A stretch of DNA of 64,000 nt from the NCBI GenBank assembly GCA_964016885.1, contig OZ024756.1, positions 2,852,001 to 2,916,000 on the forward strand, in the 5' to 3' direction. Position numbers and translations under genes: made by a program. Positions 12,201 to 24,200 of this stretch are shown here, one piece after another (the stretch's first letter is position 1; every line of letters starts with the position of its first letter). The notes beneath the pieces are model-generated. The model did no database searches and was not told the DNA's origin. It saw nothing but the letters and a program-made list of their open reading frames with translations. The DNA is from Eledone cirrhosa. Lineage: Eukaryota.

Positions 12201-15200
12201 AGCGAAGCTGTAGTTACAGTTGTTAGTCAACGAGGCTATCGTTACAGTTGTTAGTCAGCGTGGCTATAGTTACAGTTGTTAGTCAGCGTTGCTATAGTTA
12301 AAGTTGTTAGTCAGCGAGGCTATAGTTACAGTTGTTAGTGAGCGTGGCTGTAGTTACAGCTGTTAGTCAGTGAAGCTGTAGTCACAGTTGTTAGTCAGCG
12401 TGGCTATAGTTACAGTTGTTAGTCAGCGTGGCTGAGGTTACAGTTGTTAGTCAGCGCAGCTGTAGTCACAGTTGTTAGTCAGCGTGGCTAGAGTTACAGT
12501 TGTTAGTCAGCGTGGCTGTAGTTACAGTTGTTAGTCAGCGAGGCTGTAGTTACAGTTGTTAGTCAGTGAAGCTGTAGTTACAGTTGTTAGTTAGCGAGGC
12601 TGTAGTTACAGTTGTTAGTCAGTGAAGCTGTAGTTACAGTTGTTAGTCAGTGAAGCTGTAATTACAGTTATTAGTCACCGTGGCTGTAGTTACAGTTGTT
12701 AGTCAGCGTGGCTGTAGTTACAGTTGTTAGTCAGCGTGGCTATAGTTACAGTTGTTAGTCAGCGAAGCTGTAGCTACAGTTGTTAGTCAGCGTGGCTAAA
12801 GTTACAGTTGTTAGTCACCGTGGCTGCAGTTATAGTTGTTAGTCAGCGAGGCTGCAGTTACAGTTGTTAGTCAGCGTGGCTATAGTTACAGTTGTTAGTC
12901 AACGTGGCTGTATTTACAGTTGTTAGTCAGTGAAGCTGTAGTTACAGTTGTTACTCAGTGAAGCTGTAGTTACAGTTGTTAGTCAGTGAAGCTGTAGTTA
13001 CAGTTGTTAGTCAGCGTGGCTATAATTACAGTTGTTAGTCAGTGAAGCTGTAGTTAGAGTTGTTAGTCAGCGTGGCTGTAGTTACAGTTGTTAGTCAGCG
13101 TGGCTATAGCCACAGTTGTTAGTCAGCGAAGCTGTAGTTACAGTTGTTAGTCAGAGTGGCTATAGTTCAAGTTGTTAGGCAGCGAGGCTATAGTTATAGT
13201 TGTTAGTCAGCGTGGCTATAGTTACAGTTGTTAGTCAGCGAGGCTATAGATACAGTTGTTAGTCAGTGAAGCTGTAGTTACAGTTGTTAGTCAGCGAGGC
13301 TATAGTTACAATTGTTAGTCAGCGAGGCTATAGATAAAGTTGTTAGTCAGCGAGGCTATAGATACAGTTGTTAGTCAGCGAGGCTATAGTTACAGTTGTT
13401 AGTCAGCGAGGCTATAGATACAGTTGTTAGTCAGCGAGGCTATAGTTACAGTTGTTCGTCAGCGAGGCTATAGATACAGTTGTTAGTCAGTGAAGCTGTA
13501 GTTACAGTTGTTAGTCAGCGAGGCTATAGTTACAGTTGTTAGTCAGCGAGGCTATAGATACAGTTGTTAGTCAGTAAAGCTGTAGTTAAAATTGTTAGTC
13601 AGCGTGGCTAGAGTTACAGTTGTTAGTCAGCGAGGCTATAGTTACAGTTGTTAGTCAGCGAAGCTGTAGTTACAGTTGTTAGTCAGCGTGACTATAGTTA
13701 CCATTGTTAGTCGGCGTGGCTATAGTTACAGTTGTTAGTCGGCGTGGCTATAGTTACAGTTGTTAGTCAGTGGAGCTGTACCTACAGTTGTTAGTCAGTG
13801 AAGCTGTAGTTACAGTTGTTAGTCAGTGAAGCTGTAGTTACAGTTGTTAGTCAGCGTGGCTATAATTACAGTTGTTAGTCAGTGAAGCTGTAGTTAGAGT
13901 TGTTAGTCAGCGTGGCTATAGTTACAGTTGTTAGTCAGCGAGGCTATAGATACAGTTGTTAGTCAGTGAAGCTGTAGTTACAGTTGTTAGTCAGCGAGGC
14001 TATAGTTACAATTGTTAGTCAGCGAGGCTATAGATAAAGTTGTTAGTCAGCGAGGCTATAGATACAGTTGTTAGTCAGCGAGGCTATAGTTACAGTTGCT
14101 AGTCAGCGAGGCTATAGATACAGTTGTTAGTCAGCGAGGCTATAGTTACAGTTGTTAGTCAGCGAGGCTATAGATACAGTTGTTAGTCAGTGAAGCTGTA
14201 GTTACAGTTGTTAGTCAGCGAGGCTATAGTTACAGTTGTTAGTCAGCGAGGCTATAGATACAGTTGTTAGTCAGTAAAGCTGTAGTTACAATTGTTAGTC
14301 AGCGTGGCTAGAGTTACAGTTGTTAGTCAGCGAGGCTATAGTTACAGTTGTTAGTCAGCGAAGCTGTAGTTACAGTTGTTAGTCAGCGAGGCTATAGTTA
14401 CAGTTTTTAGTCAGCCTGGCTGTAGTTACAGTTGTTAATCAGCGTGACTATAGTTACCATTGTTAGTCGGCGTGGCTATAGCTACAGTTGTTAGTCGGCG
14501 TGGCTATAGTTACAGTTGTTAGTCAGTGGAGCTGTACCTACAGTTGTTAGTCAGCGAGGCTATAGTTACAGTTGTTAGTCAGTGTGGCTATAGTTACAGT
14601 TGTTAGTCAGTGAAGCTGTAATTACAGTTGTTAGTCAGCGAGCTGTAGTTACAATTGTTAGTCAGCGAGGCTGTAGTTACAGTTGTTAGTCAGCGTGGCT
14701 ATAGATACAGTTGTTAGTCAGTGAAGCTGTAATTACAGTTGTTAGTCAGCATGGCTGTAGTTACAGTTGTTCATCAGCGTGGCTGAGGTTACAGTTGTTA
14801 GTCAGTGAAGCTGTAATTACAGTTGTTAGTCAGCATGGCTGTAGTTACAGTTGTTGATCAGCGTGGCTGTAGTTACAGTTGTTAGTCAGTGAAGCTGTAA
14901 TTACAGTTGTTAGTCAGCAAAGCTGGAGTTACAGATGTTAGTCAGCGAGGCTATCGTTACAGTTGTTAGTCAGCGTGGCTATAGTTACAGTTGTTAGTCA
15001 GCTTGACTATAGTTACAGTTGTTAATCAGCGAAGCTGTAGTTACAGTTGTTAGTCAACGAGGCTATCGTTACAGTTGTTAGTCAGCGTGGCTATAGTTAC
15101 AGTTGTTAGTCAGCGTAGCTATAGTTACAGTTGTTAGTCAGCGAGGCTATAGTTACAGTTGTTAGTGAGCGTGGCTGTAGTTCCAGTTGTTAGTCAGTGA

Positions 15201-18200
15201 AGCTGTAGTCACAGTTGTTAGTCAGCGTGGCTATAGTTACAGTTGTTAGTCAGCGTGGCTGTAGTTACAGTTGTTAGTCAGTGAAGCTGTAATTACAGTT
15301 GTTAGTCACCGTGGCTGTAGTTACAGCTGTTAGTCAGCGTGGCTGTAGTTACAGTTGTTAGTCAGCGTGGCTGTAGTTACAGTTGCTAGTCAGCGTGGCT
15401 ATAGTTACAGTTGTTAGTCAGCGTGGCTGTAGTTACAGTTGTTAGTCAGCGTGGCTATAGTTACAGTTGTTAGTCAGCGTGGCTATAGTTACAGTTGTTA
15501 GTCAGCGTGCTTGTAGTTACAGTTGTTAGTCAGCGCTGCTGTAGTTACAGTTGTTAGTCAGCGTGGCTGTACTTTCAGTTGTTAGTCAGCGAGGCTGTAG
15601 TTACAGTTGTTAGTCAACGTGGCTATAGTTACAGTTGTTAGTCAGCGAAGCTGTAGCTACAGTTGTTAGTCAGCGTGGCTAAAGTTACAGTTGTTAGTCA
15701 CCGTGGCTGTAGTTATAGTTGCTAGTCAGCGAGGCTGTAGTTACAGTTGTTAGTCAGCGAAGCTCTAGTTACAGTTGTTAGTCAGCGTGGCTGTAGTTAC
15801 AGTTGTTAGTGAGCGTGGCTATAGCTACAGTTGTTAGTCAGCGTGGCTGTACTTACAGTTGTTAGTCAGTGAAGCTGTAGTTACAGTAGTTAGTCAGCGT
15901 GGCTGTAGTTACAGTTGTTAGTCAGCGTGGCTATAGTTACAGTAGTTAGTCAGCGTGGCTATAGTTACAGTTGTTAGTCAGCGTGGCTGTAGTTACAGTT
16001 GTTAGTCAGTGAAGCTATAGTTACAGTTGTTAGTCAGCGTGGCTATAGTTACAGTTGTTAGTCAGCGAAGCTGTAGTTACAGTTGTTAGTCAGCGAGGCT
16101 ATAGTTACAGTTGTTAGTCAGCGAAGCTGTAGTTACAGTTGTTAGTCAGCGAGGCTATAGTTACAGTTGTTAGTCAGCGAGGCTGTAGTTACAGTTGTTA
16201 GTCAGCGTTGCTATAGTTACAGTTGTTATTGAGCGTGGCTAGAGTTACAGTTGTTAGTCAGCGTGGCTGTAGTTACAGTTGTTAATCAGTGAAGCTGTAG
16301 TCACAGTTGTTAGTCAGAGTGGCTCTACTTTCAGTTGTTAGTCAGTGAAGCTGTTGTTATAGTTGTTAGTCAGCGAAGCTGGAGTCACAGTTGTTAGTCA
16401 GCGTGGCTGTAGTTACAGTTGTTAGTCAGCGTGGCTATAGTTACAGTTGTTAGTCAGCGTGGCTATAGCTACAGTTGTTAGTCAGCGTGGCTATAGTTAC
16501 AGATGTTAGTCAGCGTGGCTGTAGTTACAGTTGTTAGTCAGCGTGGCTGTAGTTACAGTTGTTAGTCAGCGAGGCTATAGTTACAGTTGTTAGTCAGCGT
16601 GGCTGTAGTTACAGTTGTTAGTCAGCTTGGTTGTAGTTACAGTTGTTAGTCAGCGTGGCTGTAGTTACAGTTGTTATTCAGCGTGGCTGTAGTTATAGTT
16701 GTTAGTTAGCGTGGCTAGAGTTACAGTTGTTAGTCAGCGAGGCTGTAGTCACAGTTGTTTGTCAGCGTGGCTATAGTTGCATTTGTTAGTCAGCGTGGCT
16801 ATAGTTACAGTTGTTAGTCAGCGTGGCTGTAGTTATAGTTGTTAGTCAGCGAGGCTGTAGTTACAGTTGTTAGTCACCGTTGCTATAGTTACAGATGTTA
16901 TTGAGCGTGGCTAGAGTTACAGTTGTTAGTCAGCGTGGCTATAGTTACAGTTGTTAATCAGTGAAGCTGTAGTCACAGTTGTTAGTCAGAGTGGCTCTAC
17001 TTACAGTTGTTAGTCAGTGAAGCTGTTGTTATAGTTGTTAGTCAGCGAAGCTGGAGTCACAGTTGTTAGTCAGCGTGGCTGTAGTTACAGTTGTTAGTCA
17101 GCGTGGCTATAGTTACAGTTGTTAGTCAGCGTGCTTGTAGTTACAGTTGTTAGTCAGCGTGGCTATAGTTACAGTTGTTAGTCAGCGTGGCTGTAGTTAC
17201 AGTTGTTAGTCAGCGTGGCTATAGTTACAGTTGTTAGTCAGCGTGGCTATAGTTACAGTTGTTAGTCAGCGTGGCTGTAGTTACAGTTGTTAGTCAGCGT
17301 GCTTGTAGTTACAGTTGTTAGTCAGCGTGGCTATAGTTACAGTTGTTAGTCAGCGTGGCTATAGTTACAGTTGTTAGTCAGCGTGGCTATAGTTACAGTT
17401 GTTAGTCAGCGTGGCTGTAGTTACAGTTGTTAGTCAGCGTGGCTATAGTTACAGTTGTTAGTCAGCGTGGCTGTAGTTACAGTTGTTAGTCAGCGTGCTT
17501 GTAGTTACAGTTGTTAGTCAGCGTGGCTATAGTTACAGTTGTTAGTCAGCGTGGCTGTAGTTACAGTTGTTAGTCAGCGTGGCTGTAGTTACAGTTGTTA
17601 GTTAGCGAGGCTATAGTTACAGTTGTTAGTCAGCGTGGCTGTAGTTACAGTTGTTAGTCAGCTTGGTTGTAGTTACAGTTGTTAGTCATCTTGGCTGTAG
17701 TTACAGTTGTTATTCAGCGTGGCTGTAGTTATAGTTGTTAGTCAGCGTGGCTGTAGTTATAGTTGTTAGACAGCGAGGCTGTAGTTACAGTTGTTAGTCA
17801 GCGTGGCTGTAGTTATAGTTGTTAGTCAGCGAGGCTGTAGTCACAGTTGTTAGTCAGCGTGGCTGTAGTTACAGTTGTTAGTCAGTGAAGTTGTAATTAC
17901 AGTTGTTAGTCAGCAAAGCTGTAGTTACAGATGTTTGTCATCGAGGCTACATTTACAGTTGTTAGTCGGCGTGACTATAGTTACGGTTGTTAATCAGCGA
18001 AGCTGTAGTTACAGTTGTTAGTGAACGATGCTATCGTTACAGTTGTTAGTCGGCGTGGCTATAGTTACAGTTGTTAGTCAGCGTGGCTATAGTTACAGTT
18101 GTTAGTCAGCGTGGCTATAGTTACAGTTGTTAGTCAGCGTGGCTGTAGTTACAATTGTTAGTCAGCGTGGCTGTACTTACAGTTGTTAGTCAGCGAGGCT

Positions 18201-21200
18201 GTAGTTACAGTTGTTAGTCAACGTGGCTATAGTTACAGTTGTTAGTCTGCGTGGCTATAGTTACAGTTGTTAGTCAGCGTGGCTATAGTTACAGTTGTTA
18301 GTCAGTGAAGCTGTAGTTACAGTTGTTAGTCAGCGTGGCTGTAGTTACAGTTGTTAGTCAGCGTGACTGTAGTTACAGTTGTTAGTTAGCGAGGCTATAG
18401 TTACAGTTGTTAGTCAGCGTGGCTGTAGTTACAGTTGTTAGTCAGCGTGACTGTAGTTACAGTTGTTAGTGAGCGTGGCTATAGCTAAAGTTGTTAGTCA
18501 GCGTGGCTGTAGTTACAGTTGTTAGTCAGCGTGGCTGTAGTTACAGTTGTTAGTCAGTGAAGCTATAGTTACAGTTGTTAGTCAGCGTGGCTATAGTTAC
18601 AGTTGTTAGTCAGCGTGGCTGTAGTATCAGTTGTTAGTCAGTGAAGCTATAGTTACAGTTGTTAGTCAGTGAAGCTGTAGTTACAGTAGTTGGTCAGCGT
18701 GGCTGTAGTTACAGTTGTTAGTCAGTGAAGCTATAGTTACAGTTGTTAGTCAGCGTGGCTATAGTTACAGTTGTTAGTGGGCGAAGCTGTAGTTACAGTT
18801 GTTAGTCAGCGAGGCTATAGTTACAGTAGTTAGTCAGCGTGGCTGTAGTTACAGTTGTTAGTCAGTGAAGCTATAGTTACAGTTGTTAGTCAGCGTGGCT
18901 ATAGTTACAGTTGTTAGTGGGCGAAGCTGTAGTTACAGTTGTTAGTCAGCGAGGCTATAGTTACAGTTGTTAGTCAGCGAGGCTGTATTTACAGTTGTTA
19001 GTCAGCGTTGCTATAGTAACAGTTGTTATTGAGCGTGGCTAGAGTTACAGTTGTTAGTCAGCGTGGCTGTAGTTACAGTTGTTAATCAGTGAAGCTGTAG
19101 TCACAGTTGTTAGTCAGAGTGGCTCTACTTTCAGTTGTTAGTCAGGGAAGCTGTTGTTATAGTTGTTAGTCAGCGAAGCTGGAGTCACAGTTGTTAGTCA
19201 GCGTGCTTGTAGTTACAGTTGTTAGTCAGCGTGGCTATAATTACAGTTGTTAGTCAGCGTGGCTGTAGTTACAGTTGTTAGTCAGCGTGGCTATAGCTAC
19301 AGTTGTTAGTCAGCGTGGCTATAGTTACAGATGTTAGTCAGCGTGGCTGTAGTTACAGTTGTTAGTCAGCGTGGCTGTAGTTACAGTTGTTAGTCAGCGA
19401 GGCTATAGTTACAGTTGTTAGTCAGCGTGGCTGTAGTTACAGTTGTTAGTCAGCTTGGTTGTAGTTACAGTTGTTAGTCAGCGTGGCTGTAGTTACAGTT
19501 GTTATTCAGCGTGGCTGTAGTTATAGTTGTTAGTCAGCGTGGCTAGAGTTACAGTTGTTAGTCAGCGTGGCTGTAGTTACAGTTGTTAGTCAGCGTGGCT
19601 GTAGTTATAGTTGTTAGTCAGCGAGGCTGTAGTCACAGTTGTTTGTCAGCGTGGCTATAGTTACAGTTGTTAGTCAACGTGGCTATAGTTGCATTTGTTA
19701 GTCAGCGTGGCTATAGTTACAGTTGTTAGTCAGCGTGGCTGTAGTTATTGTTGTTAGTCAGCGAGGCTGTAGTTAGAGTTGTTAGTCAGCGTGGCTGTAG
19801 TTATAGTTGTTAGTCAGCGAGGCTGTAGTTACAGTTGTTAGTCAGCGTGGCTGTAGTCACAGTTGTTAGTCAGCGTGGCTATAGTTACATTTGTTAGTCA
19901 GCGTGGCTGTAGTTACAGTTGTTAGTCAGCGAGGCTATAGTTAGAGTTGTTAGTCAGCGGGGCTGTAGTTATAGTTGTTAGTCAGCGTGGCTGTAGTTAC
20001 AGTTGTTAGTCAGCGTAGCTGTAATCACAGTTGTTAGTCAGCGTGGCTATAGTTACAGTTGTTAGTCAGCCTGGCTGTAGTTACAGTTGTTAGTCAGCGA
20101 GGCTATAGTTACAGTTGTTAGTCAGTGTGGCTCTAGTTACAGTTGTTAGTCAGCGTGGCTGTAGTTACAGTTGTTATTCAGCGTGGCTGTAGTTACAGTT
20201 GCTAGTCAGCGTGACTATAGTTACAGTTGTTAGTCAGCGTGGCTATAGTTACAGTTGTTAGTCAGCGTGGCTGTAGTTACAGTTGTTAGTTAGTGTGGCT
20301 ATAGTTACAGTTGTTAGTCAGCGTGGCTGTACTTACAGTTGTTAGTTAGCGTGACTGTAGTTACAGTTGTTAGTCAGCGTGGTTGTAGTTACAGTTGTTA
20401 GTCAGCGTGGCTGTAGTTACATTTGTTAGTCAGCGTGGCTGTATTTACAGTTGTTAGTCAGTGAAGCTGTAGTTACAGTTGTTAGTCAGTGAAGCTGTAG
20501 TTACAGTTGTTAGTCAGCGTGGCTATAGTTAGATTTGTTAGTCAGCGTGGCTATAGTTACAGTTGTTAGTCAGCGTGGCTATAGTTACAGTTGTTAGTCA
20601 GCGAGGCTATAGTTACAGTTGTTAGTCAGCGTGGCTGTAGTTACAGTTGTTAGTCAGCTTGGTTGTAGTTACAGTTGTTAGTCAGCGTGGCTGTAGTTAC
20701 AGTTGTTATTCAGCGTGGCTGTAGTTACAGTTGTTAGTCAGCGTGGCTGTAGTTATAGTTGTTAGTCAGCGAGGCTGTAGTCACAGTTGTTTGTCAGCGT
20801 GGCTGTACTTACAGTTGTTAGTTAGCGTGGCTGTAGTTATAGTTGTTAGTCAGCGTGGCTGTAGTTATAGTTGTTAGTCAGCGTGGCTGTAGTTATAGTT
20901 GTTAGTCAGCGAGGCTGTAGTCACAGTTGTTAGTCAGCGTGGCTATAGTTACAGTTGTTAGTCAGCGAGGCTGTAGTTAGAGTTGTTAGTCAGCGTGGCT
21001 GTAGTTATAGTTGTTAGTCAGCGAGGCTGTAGTCACAGTTGTTAGTCAGCGTGGCTATAGTTACATTTGTTAGTTAGCGGGGCTGTAGTTATAGTTGTTA
21101 GTCAGCGAGGCTGTAGTTACAGTTGTTAGTCAGCGAGGCTGTAGTTACAGTTGTTAGTCAGCGTGGCTATAGTTACAGTTGTTAGTCAGCGTGGCTATAG

Positions 21201-24200
21201 TTACAGTTGTTAGTCAGCGTGGCTGTAGTTACAGTTGTTAGTCAGCGTGCTTGTAGTTACAGTTGTTAGTCAGCGTGGCTATAGTTACAGTTGTTAGTCA
21301 GCGTGGCTGTAGTTACAGTTGTTAGTCAGCGTGCTTGTAGTTACAGTTGTTAGTCAGCGTGGCTATAGTTACAGTTGTTAGTCAGCGTGGCTATAGTTAC
21401 AGTTGTTAGTCAGCGTGGCTATAGTTACAGTTGTCAGTCAGCGTGGCTGTAGTTACAGTTGTTAGTCAGCGTGGCTATAGTTACAGTTGTTAGTCAGCGT
21501 GGCTGTAGTTACAGTTGTTAGTCAGCGTGCTTGTAGTTACAGTTGTTAGTCAGCGTGGCTATAGTTACAGTTGTTAGTCAGCGTGGCTGTAGTTACAGTT
21601 GTTAGTCAGCGTGGCTGTAGTTACAGTTGTTAGTTAGCGAGGCTATAGTTACAGTTGTTAGTCAGCGTGGCTGTAGTTACAGTTGTTAGTCAGCTTGGTT
21701 GTAGTTACAGTTGTTAGTCATCTTGGCTGTAGTTACAGTTGTTATTCAGCGTGGCTGTAGTTACAGTTGTTAATCAGTGAAGCTGTAGTCACAGTTGTTA
21801 GTCAGAGTGGCTCTACTTTCAGTTGTTAGTCAGTGAAGCTGTTGTTATAGTTGTTAGTCAGCGAAGCTGGAGTCACAGTTGTTAGTCAGCGTGGCTGTAG
21901 TTACAGTTGTTAGTCAGCGTGGCTATAGTTACAGTTGTTAGTCAGCGTGGCTATAGCTACAGTTGTTAGTCAGCGTGGCTATAGTTACAGATGTTAGTCA
22001 GCGTGGCTGTAGTTACAGTTGTTAGTCAGCGTGGCTGTAGTTACAGTTGTTAGTCAGCGAGGCTATAGTTACAGTTGTTAGTCAGCGTGGCTGTAGTTAC
22101 AGTTGTTAGTCAGCTTGGTTGTAGTTACAGTTGTTAGTCAGCGTGGCTGTAGTTACAGTTGTTATTCAGCGTGGCTGTAGTTATAGTTGTTAGTTAGCGT
22201 GGCTAGAGTTACAGTTGTTAGTCAGCGAGGCTGTAGTCACAGTTGTTTGTCAGCGTGGCTATAGTTGCATTTGTTAGTCAGCGTGGCTATAGTTACAGTT
22301 GTTAGTCAGCGTGGCTGTAGTTATAGTTGTTAGTCAGCGAGGCTGTAGTTACAGTTGTTAGTCACCGTTGCTATAGTTACAGATGTTATTGAGCGTGGCT
22401 AGAGTTACAGTTGTTAGTCAGCGTGGCTATAGTTACAGTTGTTAATCAGTGAAGCTGTAGTCACAGTTGTTAGTCAGAGTGGCTCTACTTACAGTTGTTA
22501 GTCAGTGAAGCTGTTGTTATAGTTGTTAGTCAGCGAAGCTGGAGTCACAGTTGTTAGTCAGCGTGGCTGTAGTTACAGTTGTTAGTCAGCGTGGCTATAG
22601 TTACAGTTGTTAGTCAGCGTGCTTGTAGTTACAGTTGTTAGTCAGCGTGGCTATAGTTACAGTTGTTAGTCAGCGTGGCTGTAGTTACAGTTGTTAGTCA
22701 GCGTGGCTATAGTTACAGTTGTTAGTCAGCGTGGCTATAGTTACAGTTGTTAGTCAGCGTGGCTGTAGTTACAGTTGTTAGTCAGCGTGCTTGTAGTTAC
22801 AGTTGTTAGTCAGCGTGGCTATAGTTACAGTTGTTAGTCAGCGTGGCTATAGTTACAGTTGTTAGTCAGCGTGGCTATAGTTACAGTTGTTAGTCAGCGT
22901 GGCTGTAGTTACAGTTGTTAGTCAGCGTGGCTATAGTTACAGTTGTTAGTCAGCGTGGCTGTAGTTACAGTTGTTAGTCAGCGTGCTTGTAGTTACAGTT
23001 GTTAGTCAGCGTGGCTATAGTTACAGTTGTTAGTCAGCGTGGCTGTAGTTACAGTTGTTAGTCAGCGTGGCTGTAGTTACAGTTGTTAGTTAGCGAGGCT
23101 ATAGTTACAGTTGTTAGTCAGCGTGGCTGTAGTTACAGTTGTTAGTCAGCTTGGTTGTAGTTACAGTTGTTAGTCATCTTGGCTGTAGTTACAGTTGTTA
23201 TTCAGCGTGGCTGTAGTTATAGTTGTTAGTCAGCGTGGCTGTAGTTATAGTTGTTAGTCAGCGAGGCTGTAGTTACAGTTGTTAGTCAGCGTGGCTGTAG
23301 TTATAGTTGTTAGTCAGCGAGGCTGTAGTCACAGTTGTTAGTCAGCGTGGCTGTAGTTACAGTTGTTAGTCAGTGAAGTTGTAATTACAGTTGTTAGTCA
23401 GCAAAGCTGTAGTTACAGATGTTTGTCATCGAGGCTACATTTACAGTTGTTAGTCGGCGTGACTATAGTTACGGTTGTTAATCAGCGAAGCTGTAGTTAC
23501 AGTTGTTAGTGAACGATGCTATCGTTACAGTTGTTAGTCGGCGTGGCTATAGTTACAGTTGTTAGTCAGCGTGGCTATAGTTACAGTTGTTAGTCAGCGT
23601 GGCTATAGTTACAGTTGTTAGTCAGCGTGGCTGTAGTTACAATTGTTAGTCAGCGTGGCTGTACTTACAGTTGTTAGTCAGCGAGGCTGTAGTTACAGTT
23701 GTTAGTCAACGTGGCTATAGTTACAGTTGTTAGTCTGCGTGGCTATAGTTACAGTTGTTAGTCAGCGTGGCTATAGTTACAGTTGTTAGTCAGTGAAGCT
23801 GTAGTTACAGTTGTTAGTCAGCGTGGCTGTAGTTACAGTTGTTAGTCAGCGTGACTGTAGTTACAGTTGTTAGTTAGCGAGGCTATAGTTACAGTTGTTA
23901 GTCAGCGTGGCTGTAGTTACAGTTGTTAGTCAGCGTGACTGTAGTTACAGTTGTTAGTGAGCGTGGCTATAGCTAAAGTTGTTAGTCAGCGTGGCTGTAG
24001 TTACAGTTGTTAGTCAGCGTGGCTGTAGTTACAGTTGTTAGTCAGTGAAGCTATAGTTACAGTTGTTAGTCAGCGTGGCTATAGTTACAGTTGTTAGTCA
24101 GCGTGGCTGTAGTATCAGTTGTTAGTCAGTGAAGCTATAGTTACAGTTGTTAGTCAGTGAAGCTGTAGTTACAGTAGTTGGTCAGCGTGGCTGTAGTTAC

